From Candidatus Sulfotelmatobacter sp. (GTDB lineage Bacteria > Acidobacteriota > Terriglobia > Terriglobales > Acidobacteriaceae), in the NCBI GenBank assembly GCA_035651855.1, contig DASREX010000060.1, forward strand, positions 14,528-78,527: a DNA stretch of 64,000 nt, given 5' to 3'. This document shows positions 18,016 to 28,051 of this stretch, one piece after another (positions within the stretch are counted from its first letter, which is position 1; every line of letters starts with the position of its first letter). The translations under genes were made by a program, and so were the position numbers. Under the pieces are notes generated by a model. The model did not search any database, was not told the DNA's origin, and saw only the letters and a list, made by a program, of their open reading frames with translations.

Positions 18016-20400
18016 CTATGGGACAATCTGCGCTTGCGCGGGCGTGCCGTGAGCCGAATCGGGAGCGATCCAGATGGTCAGCTTCGACGGCTCGGCCGCA
18101 AACTGGTTCCGGTCATTCCAGACGGCAAACGACTCCGCGGGCAAGTCAAACTTCACCTCTTTGCTTTCCCCCGGCGCCAAGGACACGGTCTGGAAACCCT
18201 TCAGAGCTCGAACCGGTTGCTCGGTGCTGGCGCCCTGAATCCGGACGTAGAGTTGCACGATCTCATTGGCCGCTCGCGAGCCGGTGTTGCTCACCTGAGC
18301 CTCGGCGCTCAGCACAGCATGACGGTTCCCGCCAAGATCCCGGTTCAGCTCGGTCGCGTTCAGGTGATCGGAGCTGACCTTGGTGGGACCGTAGGAAAAT
18401 GTCGTGTACGACAAGCCGTAGCCAAAAGGAAATTGCGGAGAATTCTGCTCGTCAATATAGCGGGAGACATACCGGTCCTGAATGTTGCCCGGGGCATGGG
18501 TGAGGTCGGTGGTCTCCGCCGGCCGGCCGGTGTTCATGGCGTTGTAATAAAGAGGCTCCTGTCCCACGCTGCGCGGCCAACTCACGACCAGCTTTCCGCT
18601 CGGATTCACATCCCCGAACAGCGTCCGCACCAGCGCCGGGCCGCCGCTCATTCCTGGAAGCCATGCTGCCACGACCGCGGGCACGTGCTCGAATGCCCAC
18701 GGAACCGTCAACGGCCGCCCGCTGAACAAGATCAGGATGACGGGTTTCCCTGTGCGGACCACAGCTTCCAGCAATTCCTGCTGCCGTCCGGGAAGGCCGA
18801 GATGAGCGCGCGAAGCAGCTTCGCCGCTCATGTCCGGACTTTCACCCAACGCCAGAATCACGATATCGGATTTCCGCGCGCCGGCAACCGCATCTGCCAG
18901 ATCCTGATCGCTGCCTTCCAGAATTCCGGTGCCCTTGTAGCGCGTGACGTGCTCTTGTCCTGCGCGCTGCACCAGTGCCGCAAGCAGCGTGGTGCGGGGG
19001 CCGGACCCCGGCGGGGCTCCGTCGGGATACGAAGAATCCTCCGCCAGCGGGCCAATCAAGGCAAAATTCTGCGTGCCTTTGGCGAGCGGGAGCAGAGGCT
19101 GTCCATCCCCGGCAGATCCGTTCTTCAGCAGCACGAAAGAACGTTCGGCGGCGGTTTGCGACAACGCTATGCTTTCCGGATGGTAGAGCGCTTTGGGGGC
19201 CGCAGCTTCATCCACAAAGGGATGCTCGAACAATCCAAGAGCGAGTTTCACGCGCAGCACGTGGCGCACGGCCTCGTCCACGGCTGCCGCCGGAATCTGC
19301 CTTGAACTCACCAGCGCCTGCAGATGGTCGTGATACAAGCTGCTGACCATATCCATGTCGACGCCGGCCAGAAAAGCCTTGCGCGCTGCGGTTGCGCCAT
19401 CGATCGCGAGCCCGTGCGGGATCAACTCTCCCACTGCATTCCAGTCGCTGACCACCAGTCCCTGGAAGCCCCACTCGCGGCGCAGAACTTGCCTCAGGGT
19501 AAAAGGATTCGCCGACGACGGGGTGCCATTCAGGGTATTGAATGCGCTCATGAGTGAAGCGGTTCCGGCTTCAACAGCCGCATGAAAAGGCGGCAGATAA
19601 AACTCCCGCAATGTGTGTTCGGAAATCTCGGTTGTGTTGTAGTCTCTTCCGGCTTCGGCCGCGCCATATCCGACGAAGTGTTTCGCGCAGGAGGCGATGC
19701 TGCCGGGAGCGTCCAGCCGCGCGCCCTGGTATCCGCGCACGTACGCGGCGGCCATGGCGGAACCTAGGTACGGATCCTCTCCCGCCCCTTCCGCCATGCG
19801 GCCCCAGCGCGCATCGCGGGCAATATCGACCATGGGCGAAAACGTCCATCGGATTCCATCCGCAGCCGCTTCCATGGCCGCGACGCGGGATGCTTTCTCG
19901 ACGATCGCCGGATCCCAGGTCGACGCCAGTCCGAGCGGGATCGGGAACTCGGTTTTAAATCCGTGGATCACGTCCAGCCCGAACAGGATGGGAATGTGCA
20001 GCCGCGACTTCTCCATTGCAATCCGCTGGTACATGTTGATCTGATGAGGTTCGATCACGTTAAACAGCGATCCGATCTGCCCTTTCGCGATCATGTCTTC
20101 GTAGTCGCTGCGCCCCGTTCCCGGCCCGGTGGGCTGGCCCGCGGAATACTGGACCAGTTGCCCAATCTTTTCCTCCAGCGTCATTTTCTGCAGAATCGCA
20201 TTGACTCGGGCCTCTAATGCGGGATCGCTGATGCCGTCCGCCTCGCTCCGGGGCAGCGCCTGCGACAGGCAGGCAGTACTGAAGCAGACGCAAACAAAGA
20301 GATAAAGGAAAAGACGGGAGAGGCTGCGCGCCTGAGCGGCGCGAACCTGGCGAACTGAACTGCGCGGAAGAAGGAACTGAGAGGATGAGGGCGGCACCAT
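18016..20400 (-). CDS. bglX: GH3 periplasmic beta-glucosidase
   Basis: 794 aa. Signal-like N-terminus. GH3 hallmarks [10 protein letters not shown], ..GLDVIHG.., ..GLVVSDW.. and C-terminal Fn3-like domain. Confidence 0.9.
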   Translation of the reverse strand: MVPPSSSQFLLPRSSVRQVRAAQARSLSRLFLYLFVCVCFSTACLSQALPRSEADGISDPALEARVNAILQKMTLEEKIGQLVQYSAGQPTGPGTGRSDYEDMIAKGQIGSLFNVIEPHQINMYQRIAMEKSRLHIPILFGLDVIHGFKTEFPIPLGLASTWDPAIVEKASRVAAMEAAADGIRWTFSPMVDIARDARWGRMAEGAGEDPYLGSAMAAAYVRGYQGARLDAPGSIASCAKHFVGYGAAEAGRDYNTTEISEHTLREFYLPPFHAAVEAGTASLMSAFNTLNGTPSSANPFTLRQVLRREWGFQGLVVSDWNAVGELIPHGLAIDGATAARKAFLAGVDMDMVSSLYHDHLQALVSSRQIPAAAVDEAVRHVLRVKLALGLFEHPFVDEAAAPKALYHPESIALSQTAAERSFVLLKNGSAGDGQPLLPLAKGTQNFALIGPLAEDSSYPDGAPPGSGPRTTLLAALVQRAGQEHVTRYKGTGILEGSDQDLADAVAGARKSDIVILALGESPDMSGEAASRAHLGLPGRQQELLEAVVRTGKPVILILFSGRPLTVPWAFEHVPAVVAAWLPGMSGGPALVRTLFGDVNPSGKLVVSWPRSVGQEPLYYNAMNTGRPAETTDLTHAPGNIQDRYVSRYIDEQNSPQFPFGYGLSYTTFSYGPTKVSSDHLNATELNRDLGGNRHAVLSAEAQVSNTGSRAANEIVQLYVRIQGASTEQPVRALKGFQTVSLAPGESKEVKFDLPAESFAVWNDRNQFAAEPSKLTIWIAPDSAHGTPAQAQIVP

Positions 20401-20714
20401 GCCTCCATGAGACCGACGGTTAGCAGCTAAATCGTGTTAGTTGGGGCATTCCCGCTGTGTATGAAAACCCTTTTTGCCCGCGATGTCAATACGTTTGATG
20501 CCCGGACCTCGCCCGCCGCGACCCGCGACGCAGGAACAAGACGCAAAGGCCGAATCAGTTTTACCTTCTTTGCCGTCCGCTGATTTCCGAGGCGAGAGGG
20601 CCGGAGACTCCAGACCTGGAGCGCTCCCCGCTGACCCCAACGCTAGGCCCCGGGTTGGAGCCGCTGAGGAAAATCGTTAAGGTACTGCCCTTAATTCCTT
20701 CCAGCTATTTGCGC

Positions 20715-20744
20715 TTGACGGTCGAAAATCGCCTGTGTTATAAG
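20715..20744 (+). promoter_or_regulatory. Sigma-70-like promoter candidate for the TonB-dependent receptor gene
   Basis: TTGACG (20715-20720), 18-nt spacer, TATAAG (20739-20744), about 100 nt upstream of the ATG at 20851. Confidence 0.3.
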
Positions 20745-20850
20745 CCCTTCCGGCTGTCTACTAAATCGCTTTTGCTGGGTTTTGGCAGAGGCGGAAGGTG
20801 GAATTGGGAGCGGGTCTGTCGGGACATTGTCGGCATGCAAAGGGGCTTCT

Positions 20851-23800
20851 ATGAAACGATCAGCGTCATTCGTTCGCACAGGCGTTTGCTTGATTTCCGT
20901 GTTGTTTCTCGCCGCTTTGGCTCAGGCGCAGTATCGAGGGTCCATCCAGGGCGTGATCACAGACCAGCAGGGGGCAGTCGTCTCGGGGGCCAATGTAACG
21001 CTGAGGAACCTGGAGACCGGCCAGACGGCCACCACGGTGAGCGGCGATAACGGCGTCTACAATTTCAATGGGCTTCCGCCCAGCAAATTCTCGCTGACCG
21101 TGGAAAAATCTGGGTTCAAGGCCAAGACGGTCGAGAACTTTGGCATCCATGCGGAGCAGGCCAACGCCGTCAACGTTCAACTGGATTTAGGACAGGCGAC
21201 CGAGTCCGTCACCGTCACCGGTGATGCCGCGCCCTTGCTGGATACGGAAACCGCCAACGTTGGCGGCGCGGTGCGAGCCCAGGAGTTTCAGAAGCTGCCC
21301 TCCTTCGGTCGTGATCCCTTCCAGCTTCTGCAGTTGGCGCCCGGTGCCTTTGGCGATGGCGCGCAAGCGGCTGGAGGTGGAACCCAGAACCTTCCCGCGA
21401 CCACCGTCGGAGGCACCGGCGGTACTGAGGGCGTATTCAAGATCGAAAATGGCGGGCAGATCAGCGCGAATGGCGCACGAACCGGAGAGAACAACTACCA
21501 GATCGATGGTGTGGGAACCACTAGCGTGACCTGGGGCGGAACTTCGGTGGTCACGCCGAACGAAGATTCCATCAAAGAGATCAAGATCATCACCGACAAC
21601 TACGACGCGGAGAATGGCCGTTACCGTGGCGCCCAGGTGCAGATCATCTCTCAGAACGGAACCAATACTCCGCACGGCAGCTTCTTCTTCAAAGCTCACC
21701 GCCCGGGCTTGAACGCATTCACCAAGTACAACGGGTATAACAGCGACGTCCCGGGTTGCGTGAACACCAAGGAAGGCGGCTATTGCGGCAACGTTCGAGA
21801 TGATAACCGCTTCAATGACTGGGGCGGAACGTTGGGCGGGCCGATTTGGAAGAACCGCATCTTCGGGTTCTTCTCCTACGAGACCATCGACAATAACGCG
21901 GTTCAGTCCAGCGGAGGCGGGTGGTATGAAACGCCCGCCTTCCGTGGATTGGCCCCGGCCGGATCGAATGCCGCGGCATTCCTTTCCTACCCCGGAGTTG
22001 AGCCCAATGGCGGCGCTCAACTGGATCAGAACTGCGCCTCGATCGGGTTGATTGAAGGCACCAATTGCATCACGATTCCCGGACAGGGCCTGAACCTGGG
22101 GCGACCGCTCACTGCGCCCTTAGGCACGCGGGATGCCGGATACGTCAGCAACACCGCTCCCGGAACGGGCGGCGACGGCTCAGGCGCTCCCACAAATCTC
22201 GACCCCACGACCGCGGATATCGCGTTCTATCAGGGCACCCTCGAGCCCAACAAGAGCACGCACCGGCAATTCAACGGCCGCGTAGATTTCAATGTAACCA
22301 GCAAGGATCTGCTGGCCTTCAGCTTCTACTACGTGCCCAACTCGAGCACCTCGCTGAATGGCAATGGCGACCGGCAGATGAACAAGTTCAATACGTCGTA
22401 TAAAAACCGCGCCGCCACTGTGCTGTGGGATCACACCTTTGGCATTTCCATGGCGAACGAAGCGCGAGTGAATGCGGCCGGATGGATGGAGAAGGACCTG
22501 GCCAGCAATCCCAAAGCGCCATGGGGCCTGCCGCAAGTAACTTTCAACCAGACCGGCGGGGTCACCCTTGAAGGATACGGCATCGGATCCTTCAACGGCT
22601 TTGATCAGTGGACCTACGCTGCCAAAGATGTCCTCACCAAAGTCCACGGCGCCCACACCATGAAGATGGGCGGCGAATTTACCCGCCTGCTTTCGGTGGA
22701 TGCACCCTTCTGGTCGGACCGCCCCGGCTACACTTTCAACAACATCTGGGACTTCCTCAACGATGCTCCCATCTCGGAAAACGCCCAGTTCGATCCCGTC
22801 ACGGGCGTCCCGTCCGCCCTCCGCAAGGATTTGCGGAACAACGTCATCGCCTTCTTCTTCCAGGACAACTACAAGGTCAAGTCGAACCTGACAATCACGG
22901 CTGGCCTTCGCTGGGAATATTTCGGCGCAATCCATGAGAAGAATGGGAAACTGGCGACGGTCCAGTTGGGCAGCGGGCCCGAAATGTTCACCGGTCTCAA
23001 GGTCCGCACCGGGGGAAGCCAGTACAATGCGCAGAAGTCCAACTTCGGCCCGCAACTCGGTTTTGCCTGGAGCCCGGGGCGGTTCATCGGGCATGACTTC
23101 AACAGCAGGCTCGTTCTGCGAGGCGGTTTCGGTATCGCTTACAACGGGCTGGTGCAGTCCAATACTCTCGACGTCCGGTTCAATCCACCGTTCGTCTATA
23201 ACAGCCAGAGTCTGACGGGAAATCAGATTCTCTATATCGGCAGTTTCCCGGCGGACCAGCATTCGCCCTACGGCTATGCCTCGAACCCGAATGCGGTGGT
23301 TCAATTCGACCCCAACACCAACCTGCCGATCGATCCCGTTACCGGGGCGCCGAAATGCTGCGTGGACCTGACCGCGTTGCCGGCCGATTTGCCGACGACC
23401 TACTCCATGCATTACACCTTCGGCGCGGAGTATGACCTGGGTCACCAGTGGATGGCTTCGGCGGGATATCAAGGCAGCCAGACCCGCCACCTTACCGATC
23501 ATTACAACCTGTACAATCCCGCCTCTGCCGCCGGTATTCCTTTCAATCCTGTCGTGCACGGCGTCACCATGTATGCCAATGACGGGACCGCGCATTTCAA
23601 CGCCCTGTTGCTGGAGGCGAAACACAACTTCAGCGAGTCATTCCAGCTGGACACACAGTACCGGCTGAGCCACGCCCAGGATATCGGATCGAATGCCTAT
23701 GCGGGTCCGTTCTACCAGTGGAACCTGGCGACCGCGCTGGGCACTGCCGACTACGATGTGAGGCATGCATTCAAGGTCTATGGAGTGTGGTCTCCACGCC

Positions 23801-24480
23801 TGTTTAGCGGCAGCCGCTCCTGGCTGGAAAAGGTAGTGGGAGGTTGGAGCTTGTCGGGGATTCTGAATGCGCACACCGGCTTCCCCTGGACCCCGCAGTA
23901 TGGCATTGCCGAGTTGGACGCCGGCGGAGGTGATCCGGTGTACAGGCTCGGTACCGCAAATGAGGGAGGATCCTCCGGCAATGCCGGATCCGGTAATCTG
24001 CTGCCTGCCGCTTACAACGGTGGGTTCAGGCCCGATTACCGCAGCAATGCAGCCGTGACCAGCGGAAATAATCTGACCGGCGGACAAGCATTTTTTACCC
24101 AGCCGACCGTGGTGCCCGGCACCCTGTTTGACTGTCTGTTCCCCAACCCGGACCCGACCGTCTGCCCCGCGGGACAGCAGGGATTCGGTCCTTTGCCGAC
24201 TCCTCCCGGAATCGCTCGCAACACATTCACTGGCCCCGGCTATTTCGACGTGGATGCCACTCTCAGCAAGACCTTCGGCTTGCCCAGAAACAAGATCCTG
24301 GGCGAACGCGGCCAACTGGAGTTCCGGGCGAACTTCTACAACCTGTTTAACAAGCTGAATTTGAATGGCGCTTGCCAATACAACGGGATTCAGTGCGACA
24401 TCATGAACTCGCACTTCGGGCAGGTTCAATCCGCGCTCGGAGCCCGCGTCATCGAGATGCAGGCGAGGTTCAGCTTCTAA
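20851..24480 (+). CDS. TonB-dependent outer-membrane receptor with carboxypeptidase-regulatory-like N-terminal domain
   Basis: ORF trimmed to the ATG at 20851 (MKRSASFVRTGVCLISVLFLAALAQAQ signal). CarboxypepD_reg-like YRGSIQGVITDQQGAVVSGANVTL. Plug and long beta-barrel ending in an aromatic residue (..QARFSF). Confidence 0.85.
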   Translation: MKRSASFVRTGVCLISVLFLAALAQAQYRGSIQGVITDQQGAVVSGANVTLRNLETGQTATTVSGDNGVYNFNGLPPSKFSLTVEKSGFKAKTVENFGIHAEQANAVNVQLDLGQATESVTVTGDAAPLLDTETANVGGAVRAQEFQKLPSFGRDPFQLLQLAPGAFGDGAQAAGGGTQNLPATTVGGTGGTEGVFKIENGGQISANGARTGENNYQIDGVGTTSVTWGGTSVVTPNEDSIKEIKIITDNYDAENGRYRGAQVQIISQNGTNTPHGSFFFKAHRPGLNAFTKYNGYNSDVPGCVNTKEGGYCGNVRDDNRFNDWGGTLGGPIWKNRIFGFFSYETIDNNAVQSSGGGWYETPAFRGLAPAGSNAAAFLSYPGVEPNGGAQLDQNCASIGLIEGTNCITIPGQGLNLGRPLTAPLGTRDAGYVSNTAPGTGGDGSGAPTNLDPTTADIAFYQGTLEPNKSTHRQFNGRVDFNVTSKDLLAFSFYYVPNSSTSLNGNGDRQMNKFNTSYKNRAATVLWDHTFGISMANEARVNAAGWMEKDLASNPKAPWGLPQVTFNQTGGVTLEGYGIGSFNGFDQWTYAAKDVLTKVHGAHTMKMGGEFTRLLSVDAPFWSDRPGYTFNNIWDFLNDAPISENAQFDPVTGVPSALRKDLRNNVIAFFFQDNYKVKSNLTITAGLRWEYFGAIHEKNGKLATVQLGSGPEMFTGLKVRTGGSQYNAQKSNFGPQLGFAWSPGRFIGHDFNSRLVLRGGFGIAYNGLVQSNTLDVRFNPPFVYNSQSLTGNQILYIGSFPADQHSPYGYASNPNAVVQFDPNTNLPIDPVTGAPKCCVDLTALPADLPTTYSMHYTFGAEYDLGHQWMASAGYQGSQTRHLTDHYNLYNPASAAGIPFNPVVHGVTMYANDGTAHFNALLLEAKHNFSESFQLDTQYRLSHAQDIGSNAYAGPFYQWNLATALGTADYDVRHAFKVYGVWSPRLFSGSRSWLEKVVGGWSLSGILNAHTGFPWTPQYGIAELDAGGGDPVYRLGTANEGGSSGNAGSGNLLPAAYNGGFRPDYRSNAAVTSGNNLTGGQAFFTQPTVVPGTLFDCLFPNPDPTVCPAGQQGFGPLPTPPGIARNTFTGPGYFDVDATLSKTFGLPRNKILGERGQLEFRANFYNLFNKLNLNGACQYNGIQCDIMNSHFGQVQSALGARVIEMQARFSF

Positions 24481-24488
24481 CGGATGCC

Positions 24489-24553
24489 GGCGCGGGAAAC
24501 CGCGCCTCTCCATCACGGCTGCCGCAAGTTCATCTTGCGGCAGCTTCTCATTT
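24489..24553 (+). terminator. Tandem terminator hairpins after the receptor gene
   Basis: GGCGCGG-GAAA-CCGCGCC (24489-24506), then a perfect 10-bp stem CTGCCGCAAG-TTCAT-CTTGCGGCAG (24519-24543) followed by T-rich CTTCTCATTT. Confidence 0.55.
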
Positions 24554-24590
24554 AGACTGAAATGCGGACTTTATCACGCCGCACTCCCAA

Positions 24591-25808
24591 TTGTTATCCC
24601 GGTTCCATCGATGTAGCCTCGTCGCCAGGGTGCTCTGGCTGGTGCTGGCGAGCCTTCTGAGCCTGAGTCCCGCGATTGCCCGGCAACAGCAGGGAGATCC
24701 TTCTGCCCTTGGCAACTTCGCCGCGCTCTCGGGGAAAGCCAATGCCGCCCGCGACGCCAACCGGCTGGATGAGGCCACTACTCTTTACCGCCGGGCGCTC
24801 GCTCTCAGGCCGGCCTGGGCCGAGGGTTGGTGGTCGCTCGGCACCATTGAGTATGACCGGGATCATTACGCCCTAGCCGCGAGCGCCCTGCGAAAATACG
24901 TCGCCCTGCGGCCGAAGGATGGCACCGCCTACGCCATGCTGGGACTTTGTGAATTCGAATTGGGCCGTGAGCAGCCCGCATTGCGCCACATCCAGAAGGG
25001 AAAGGCGCTTGGGTTGCAGAAAAATCCCGATCTCTGGCATGTGGTCCTCTATCACGAAGGGATACTGCTGCAAAGGGCGGAGAAATTCCAGGCCGCCCAG
25101 GACGCGTTGGAGGAATTGTGCCTGCAGGCCGGGGCCAACGACAAAACGGCCAACGTGCTGGGCATGGCCATGCTGCGCCTGGGGGCAAATAATCCTCCCG
25201 TTGCCGGCAGCCTCGATGCCGATGTCGTCCTCCGCGTGGGCAGGGCCCAATGTCTGGCCGGACAGAAGAAATATGAGGATGCCCGCCCGCTCTATGAAGC
25301 GGTAGTGCAACAATACCCGCATTATCCCAATGTGCACTACGCCTATGGATTATTCCTGGTCGAACTGCGGGACGTGCCCGGGGCAGTCAGCCAGTTCAAG
25401 CAGGAGATCGCAAACTATCCCCAGAACGTAATCTCGCGCCTGCGCCTGGCGGCGGTGGAGTTCAAAGAAGATTCGGCAGCCGGAATCCCGTATGCCGAAG
25501 AAGCCGTCAAGCTGGATCCGCAGTCCCCGTTCGGACATTACATCCTCGGACTGCTCCGGCTGGATGTGGACGATTACCAGAAAGCTATCCCGGAGCTGGA
25601 GACGGCTCAGAAAGGCATGCCGAAGGAGCCGAAGCTGTACCTGGCCCTGGGCACGGCCTACTCCCGCGCCGGACGCAGATCGGACGCGGCCCGGGCCCGC
25701 AGCACCTTTCAGCGCCTGACCGAGGAGGCCAGGAAATCAGCAGGCGGCGGGGCCGCGGCGAGTCCCTCGCAGGAAACGCCGGTGCGTGTGGGGGATGCGC
25801 CGCAGTGA
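24591..25808 (+). CDS. Secreted tetratricopeptide (TPR) repeat protein
   Basis: Signal-like VARVLWLVLASLLSLSPAIA, then multiple TPR units. The tracked start is TTG at 24591; GTG at 24630 is an alternative. Confidence 0.75.
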   Translation: MLSRFHRCSLVARVLWLVLASLLSLSPAIARQQQGDPSALGNFAALSGKANAARDANRLDEATTLYRRALALRPAWAEGWWSLGTIEYDRDHYALAASALRKYVALRPKDGTAYAMLGLCEFELGREQPALRHIQKGKALGLQKNPDLWHVVLYHEGILLQRAEKFQAAQDALEELCLQAGANDKTANVLGMAMLRLGANNPPVAGSLDADVVLRVGRAQCLAGQKKYEDARPLYEAVVQQYPHYPNVHYAYGLFLVELRDVPGAVSQFKQEIANYPQNVISRLRLAAVEFKEDSAAGIPYAEEAVKLDPQSPFGHYILGLLRLDVDDYQKAIPELETAQKGMPKEPKLYLALGTAYSRAGRRSDAARARSTFQRLTEEARKSAGGGAAASPSQETPVRVGDAPQ

Positions 25809-25811
25809 CCT

Positions 25812-27485
25812 TTACGGTTTCGGTTCTTCCACGGTAAGAACCTGATCGGCGGCGACGTCCCGAAGGATTTGCCTGGCGCCGCTGGGCCAGCGGATCTTCA
25901 CTTCTTTGACGCGCCCGTTCTTGCCCAGGCCGAAATGCACCCGGCTGTCGCTCGATGAGGTGTAGCCCGCAGCAGTTGTTGCCTCATTCCATTGCGAGGC
26001 GCCGTCTTCGGTCGTGATCTGGATCTGCGCGCCAATGCCCATACGGTTGCTCTTCGTTCCCTGGAGCTTCAACAAGAGCCAGTGATTGCCGGTCTCGGAA
26101 GTGTTGCGGAGAATCTTGACAGATCCATTCAGCACCGTGACCACCGCATCGATCCGGCCATCATTGAAAACATCGCCGAAGGCAGCTCCGCGGTGCGCGG
26201 CCTCCTGCTCGAAGTCCGCCCCCGCCAGCGGACCGGCCTCGGTGAACTTGCCATTTCCCAGGTTGCGGAACAGGGAATTGGGCTCGGGATACTTGCGGGT
26301 GGGCGTCAACTCGCTGATATTGTCGAGCACATTGGCGCGCACCACGAACAAGTCCTTCCACCCGTCATTGTCGAAATCAAAGATGCCGTTGCTCCAGCCC
26401 GACATCTCCTTCGTGGACTCGAGGCCGCTGGCCTGCGTCAGATCGTCAAACTCGCCGCCTCCGTGGTTGATCAGGAGCGGAAAGGTCTGGTGCTCCACCG
26501 CCGTGTACCAGATATCGGGGCGGCTATCGTTATTGACGTCGCGGAAGTCCGAACCCATGCCGGACAAGGTGACGCCATCCGGCGCATAAGCCACTCCCGC
26601 CTGCACTCCAACCTCTTCGAACTTCTTTCCGCCCAGATTGTGAAAGAGAAATGCGGGCGTAGTGTCGTTGGCCACGAAGGCGTCAACAAAGCCGTCTCCA
26701 TCGTAATCCGCAAACGAAACGCTCATACCCTTACCCAGGTGCGCGGAGATGCCGGTCTCTCTGGAAACGTCGGTGAAGGTTCCGTCTCCATTGTTGCGGT
26801 AAAGGGTGTTGTGCAGGGGAGCGTAAAGCTTGGGATGGCAGTAGCCCCGCACGCCGCTCTTAATCGGGCAGTAGGGATCCTTATTGACCTCCCACACGCA
26901 GTAATTGACCACAAATAGATCCAGCTTGCCGTCATTGTTAAAATCGAACCATCCCGCCCCCACGGACCACATTTTTTCCCCGTTCATCAGAGCGCCAGCC
27001 AGGCCGGCTTTTGCGGTTACGTCGGTAAACGTGCCATCCCCATTGTTGTGGAACAGCTGATTGCCGGTGACATTGGCGAGGAAGATGTCAGGGCGGCCGT
27101 CATTGTCATAGTCCCCCACGGCCACACCCATGCCGTAACCCGCGCCCGCAACGCCGGCGCGTTCGGTGACATCGGTGAACGTGCCGTCGTGATTGTTGCG
27201 AAACAGGCGGTTCCAGTAAGCGGGAGACTCCTTCTGCAGGGAAGGAATAGCCGCGCCGTTGACCAGGTAGATGTCGAGCCATCCATCGCCGTCATAATCC
27301 AGCAGGGCGACGCCCGCCACCATGGTCTCGATCTGATTTTTATTTGGGGTCGGCGAGTTGCGGGTAGTGAAATTGACGCCCGCTTTAGCCGCGACATTCT
27401 CGAAACGAATGGGAGATGGAGCCGGCACGGTTGCCAGCCGAAATGCGCCGAGTCCCAGGGCAACAATGAAGATCCAATAACGCAT
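25812..27485 (-). CDS. CRTAC1-family protein (FG-GAP/VCBS repeats plus ASPIC/UnbV C-terminal domain)
   Basis: Repeated ..DYDGDGWLDIY.., ..DYDNDGRPDIF.., ..DFNNDGKLDLF.. calcium-binding FG-GAP motifs. C-terminal ..NHWLLLKLQGTKSNRMGIGAQIQI..RVHFGLG.. (ASPIC/UnbV). Confidence 0.85.
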   Translation of the reverse strand: MRYWIFIVALGLGAFRLATVPAPSPIRFENVAAKAGVNFTTRNSPTPNKNQIETMVAGVALLDYDGDGWLDIYLVNGAAIPSLQKESPAYWNRLFRNNHDGTFTDVTERAGVAGAGYGMGVAVGDYDNDGRPDIFLANVTGNQLFHNNGDGTFTDVTAKAGLAGALMNGEKMWSVGAGWFDFNNDGKLDLFVVNYCVWEVNKDPYCPIKSGVRGYCHPKLYAPLHNTLYRNNGDGTFTDVSRETGISAHLGKGMSVSFADYDGDGFVDAFVANDTTPAFLFHNLGGKKFEEVGVQAGVAYAPDGVTLSGMGSDFRDVNNDSRPDIWYTAVEHQTFPLLINHGGGEFDDLTQASGLESTKEMSGWSNGIFDFDNDGWKDLFVVRANVLDNISELTPTRKYPEPNSLFRNLGNGKFTEAGPLAGADFEQEAAHRGAAFGDVFNDGRIDAVVTVLNGSVKILRNTSETGNHWLLLKLQGTKSNRMGIGAQIQITTEDGASQWNEATTAAGYTSSSDSRVHFGLGKNGRVKEVKIRWPSGARQILRDVAADQVLTVEEPKP

Positions 27486-27556
27486 GCATGCAAAGCGCAG
27501 AATGATGCGGCGCCGGCGGAATCATCAATTTTAGAGCATATCCCCGAACCCGTAGC

Positions 27557-27576
27557 GGCGGACCCATTGGTCCGCC
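27557..27576 (-). terminator. Hairpin downstream of the hydrogenase operon (possible terminator, no U-tract)
   Basis: Perfect 8-bp GC-rich stem with a 4-nt loop (GGCGGACC-CATT-GGTCCGCC on the plus strand), 29 nt beyond the stop of the maturation protease gene. Confidence 0.4.
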
Positions 27577-27604
27577 CCGCGAAGCAGAGGAAGCGCATTC
27601 GGTG

Positions 27605-28051
27605 CTAGCGGTTCTGAGACCCGCGGTAGACTGCAGCCAGTTCCTGGGCCAGGTTCTCCGCCGCTTCCTTCACCTTCGGAGAGACCCCGGTTCCAACCTC
27701 GAATGACGAGGCCTCGATTCCGAAAATCCGCAGCTTTGCCGGAAGCCTGCCAAGCTTCCGGGCGAGAGCGATGGCCTCGCCCACTCCGAAGCCGTGAGTA
27801 GACGCGGATCGGGTCCCGGGAATCTGCGCTTCCCATCCGTTCCAGGCGTGCACGGTGCCTGGCGCGGCTCCCGTGCGTACCGCATCTACTACGATGACGT
27901 CAGCTGCTCCGCTCCAGGATTCCAGCAACGCGGTGGTTTCGCCGGTACACATTTCCACCGCAATCCCCGCATCCCGCAACCACTCGGCTACGAGCACACC
28001 CGCGCCGTCGTCGCCCCGATGCCGGTTGCCGCAGCAGATGATGCGAATCAC
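27605..28051 (-). CDS. [NiFe] hydrogenase maturation endopeptidase (HycI/HoxW family)
   Basis: ORF trimmed to the GTG at 28051, giving a GTGA overlap with the hyhL stop. Sequence [36 protein letters not shown] is typical of the family. Confidence 0.85.
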   Translation of the reverse strand: MIRIICCGNRHRGDDGAGVLVAEWLRDAGIAVEMCTGETTALLESWSGAADVIVVDAVRTGAAPGTVHAWNGWEAQIPGTRSASTHGFGVGEAIALARKLGRLPAKLRIFGIEASSFEVGTGVSPKVKEAAENLAQELAAVYRGSQNR

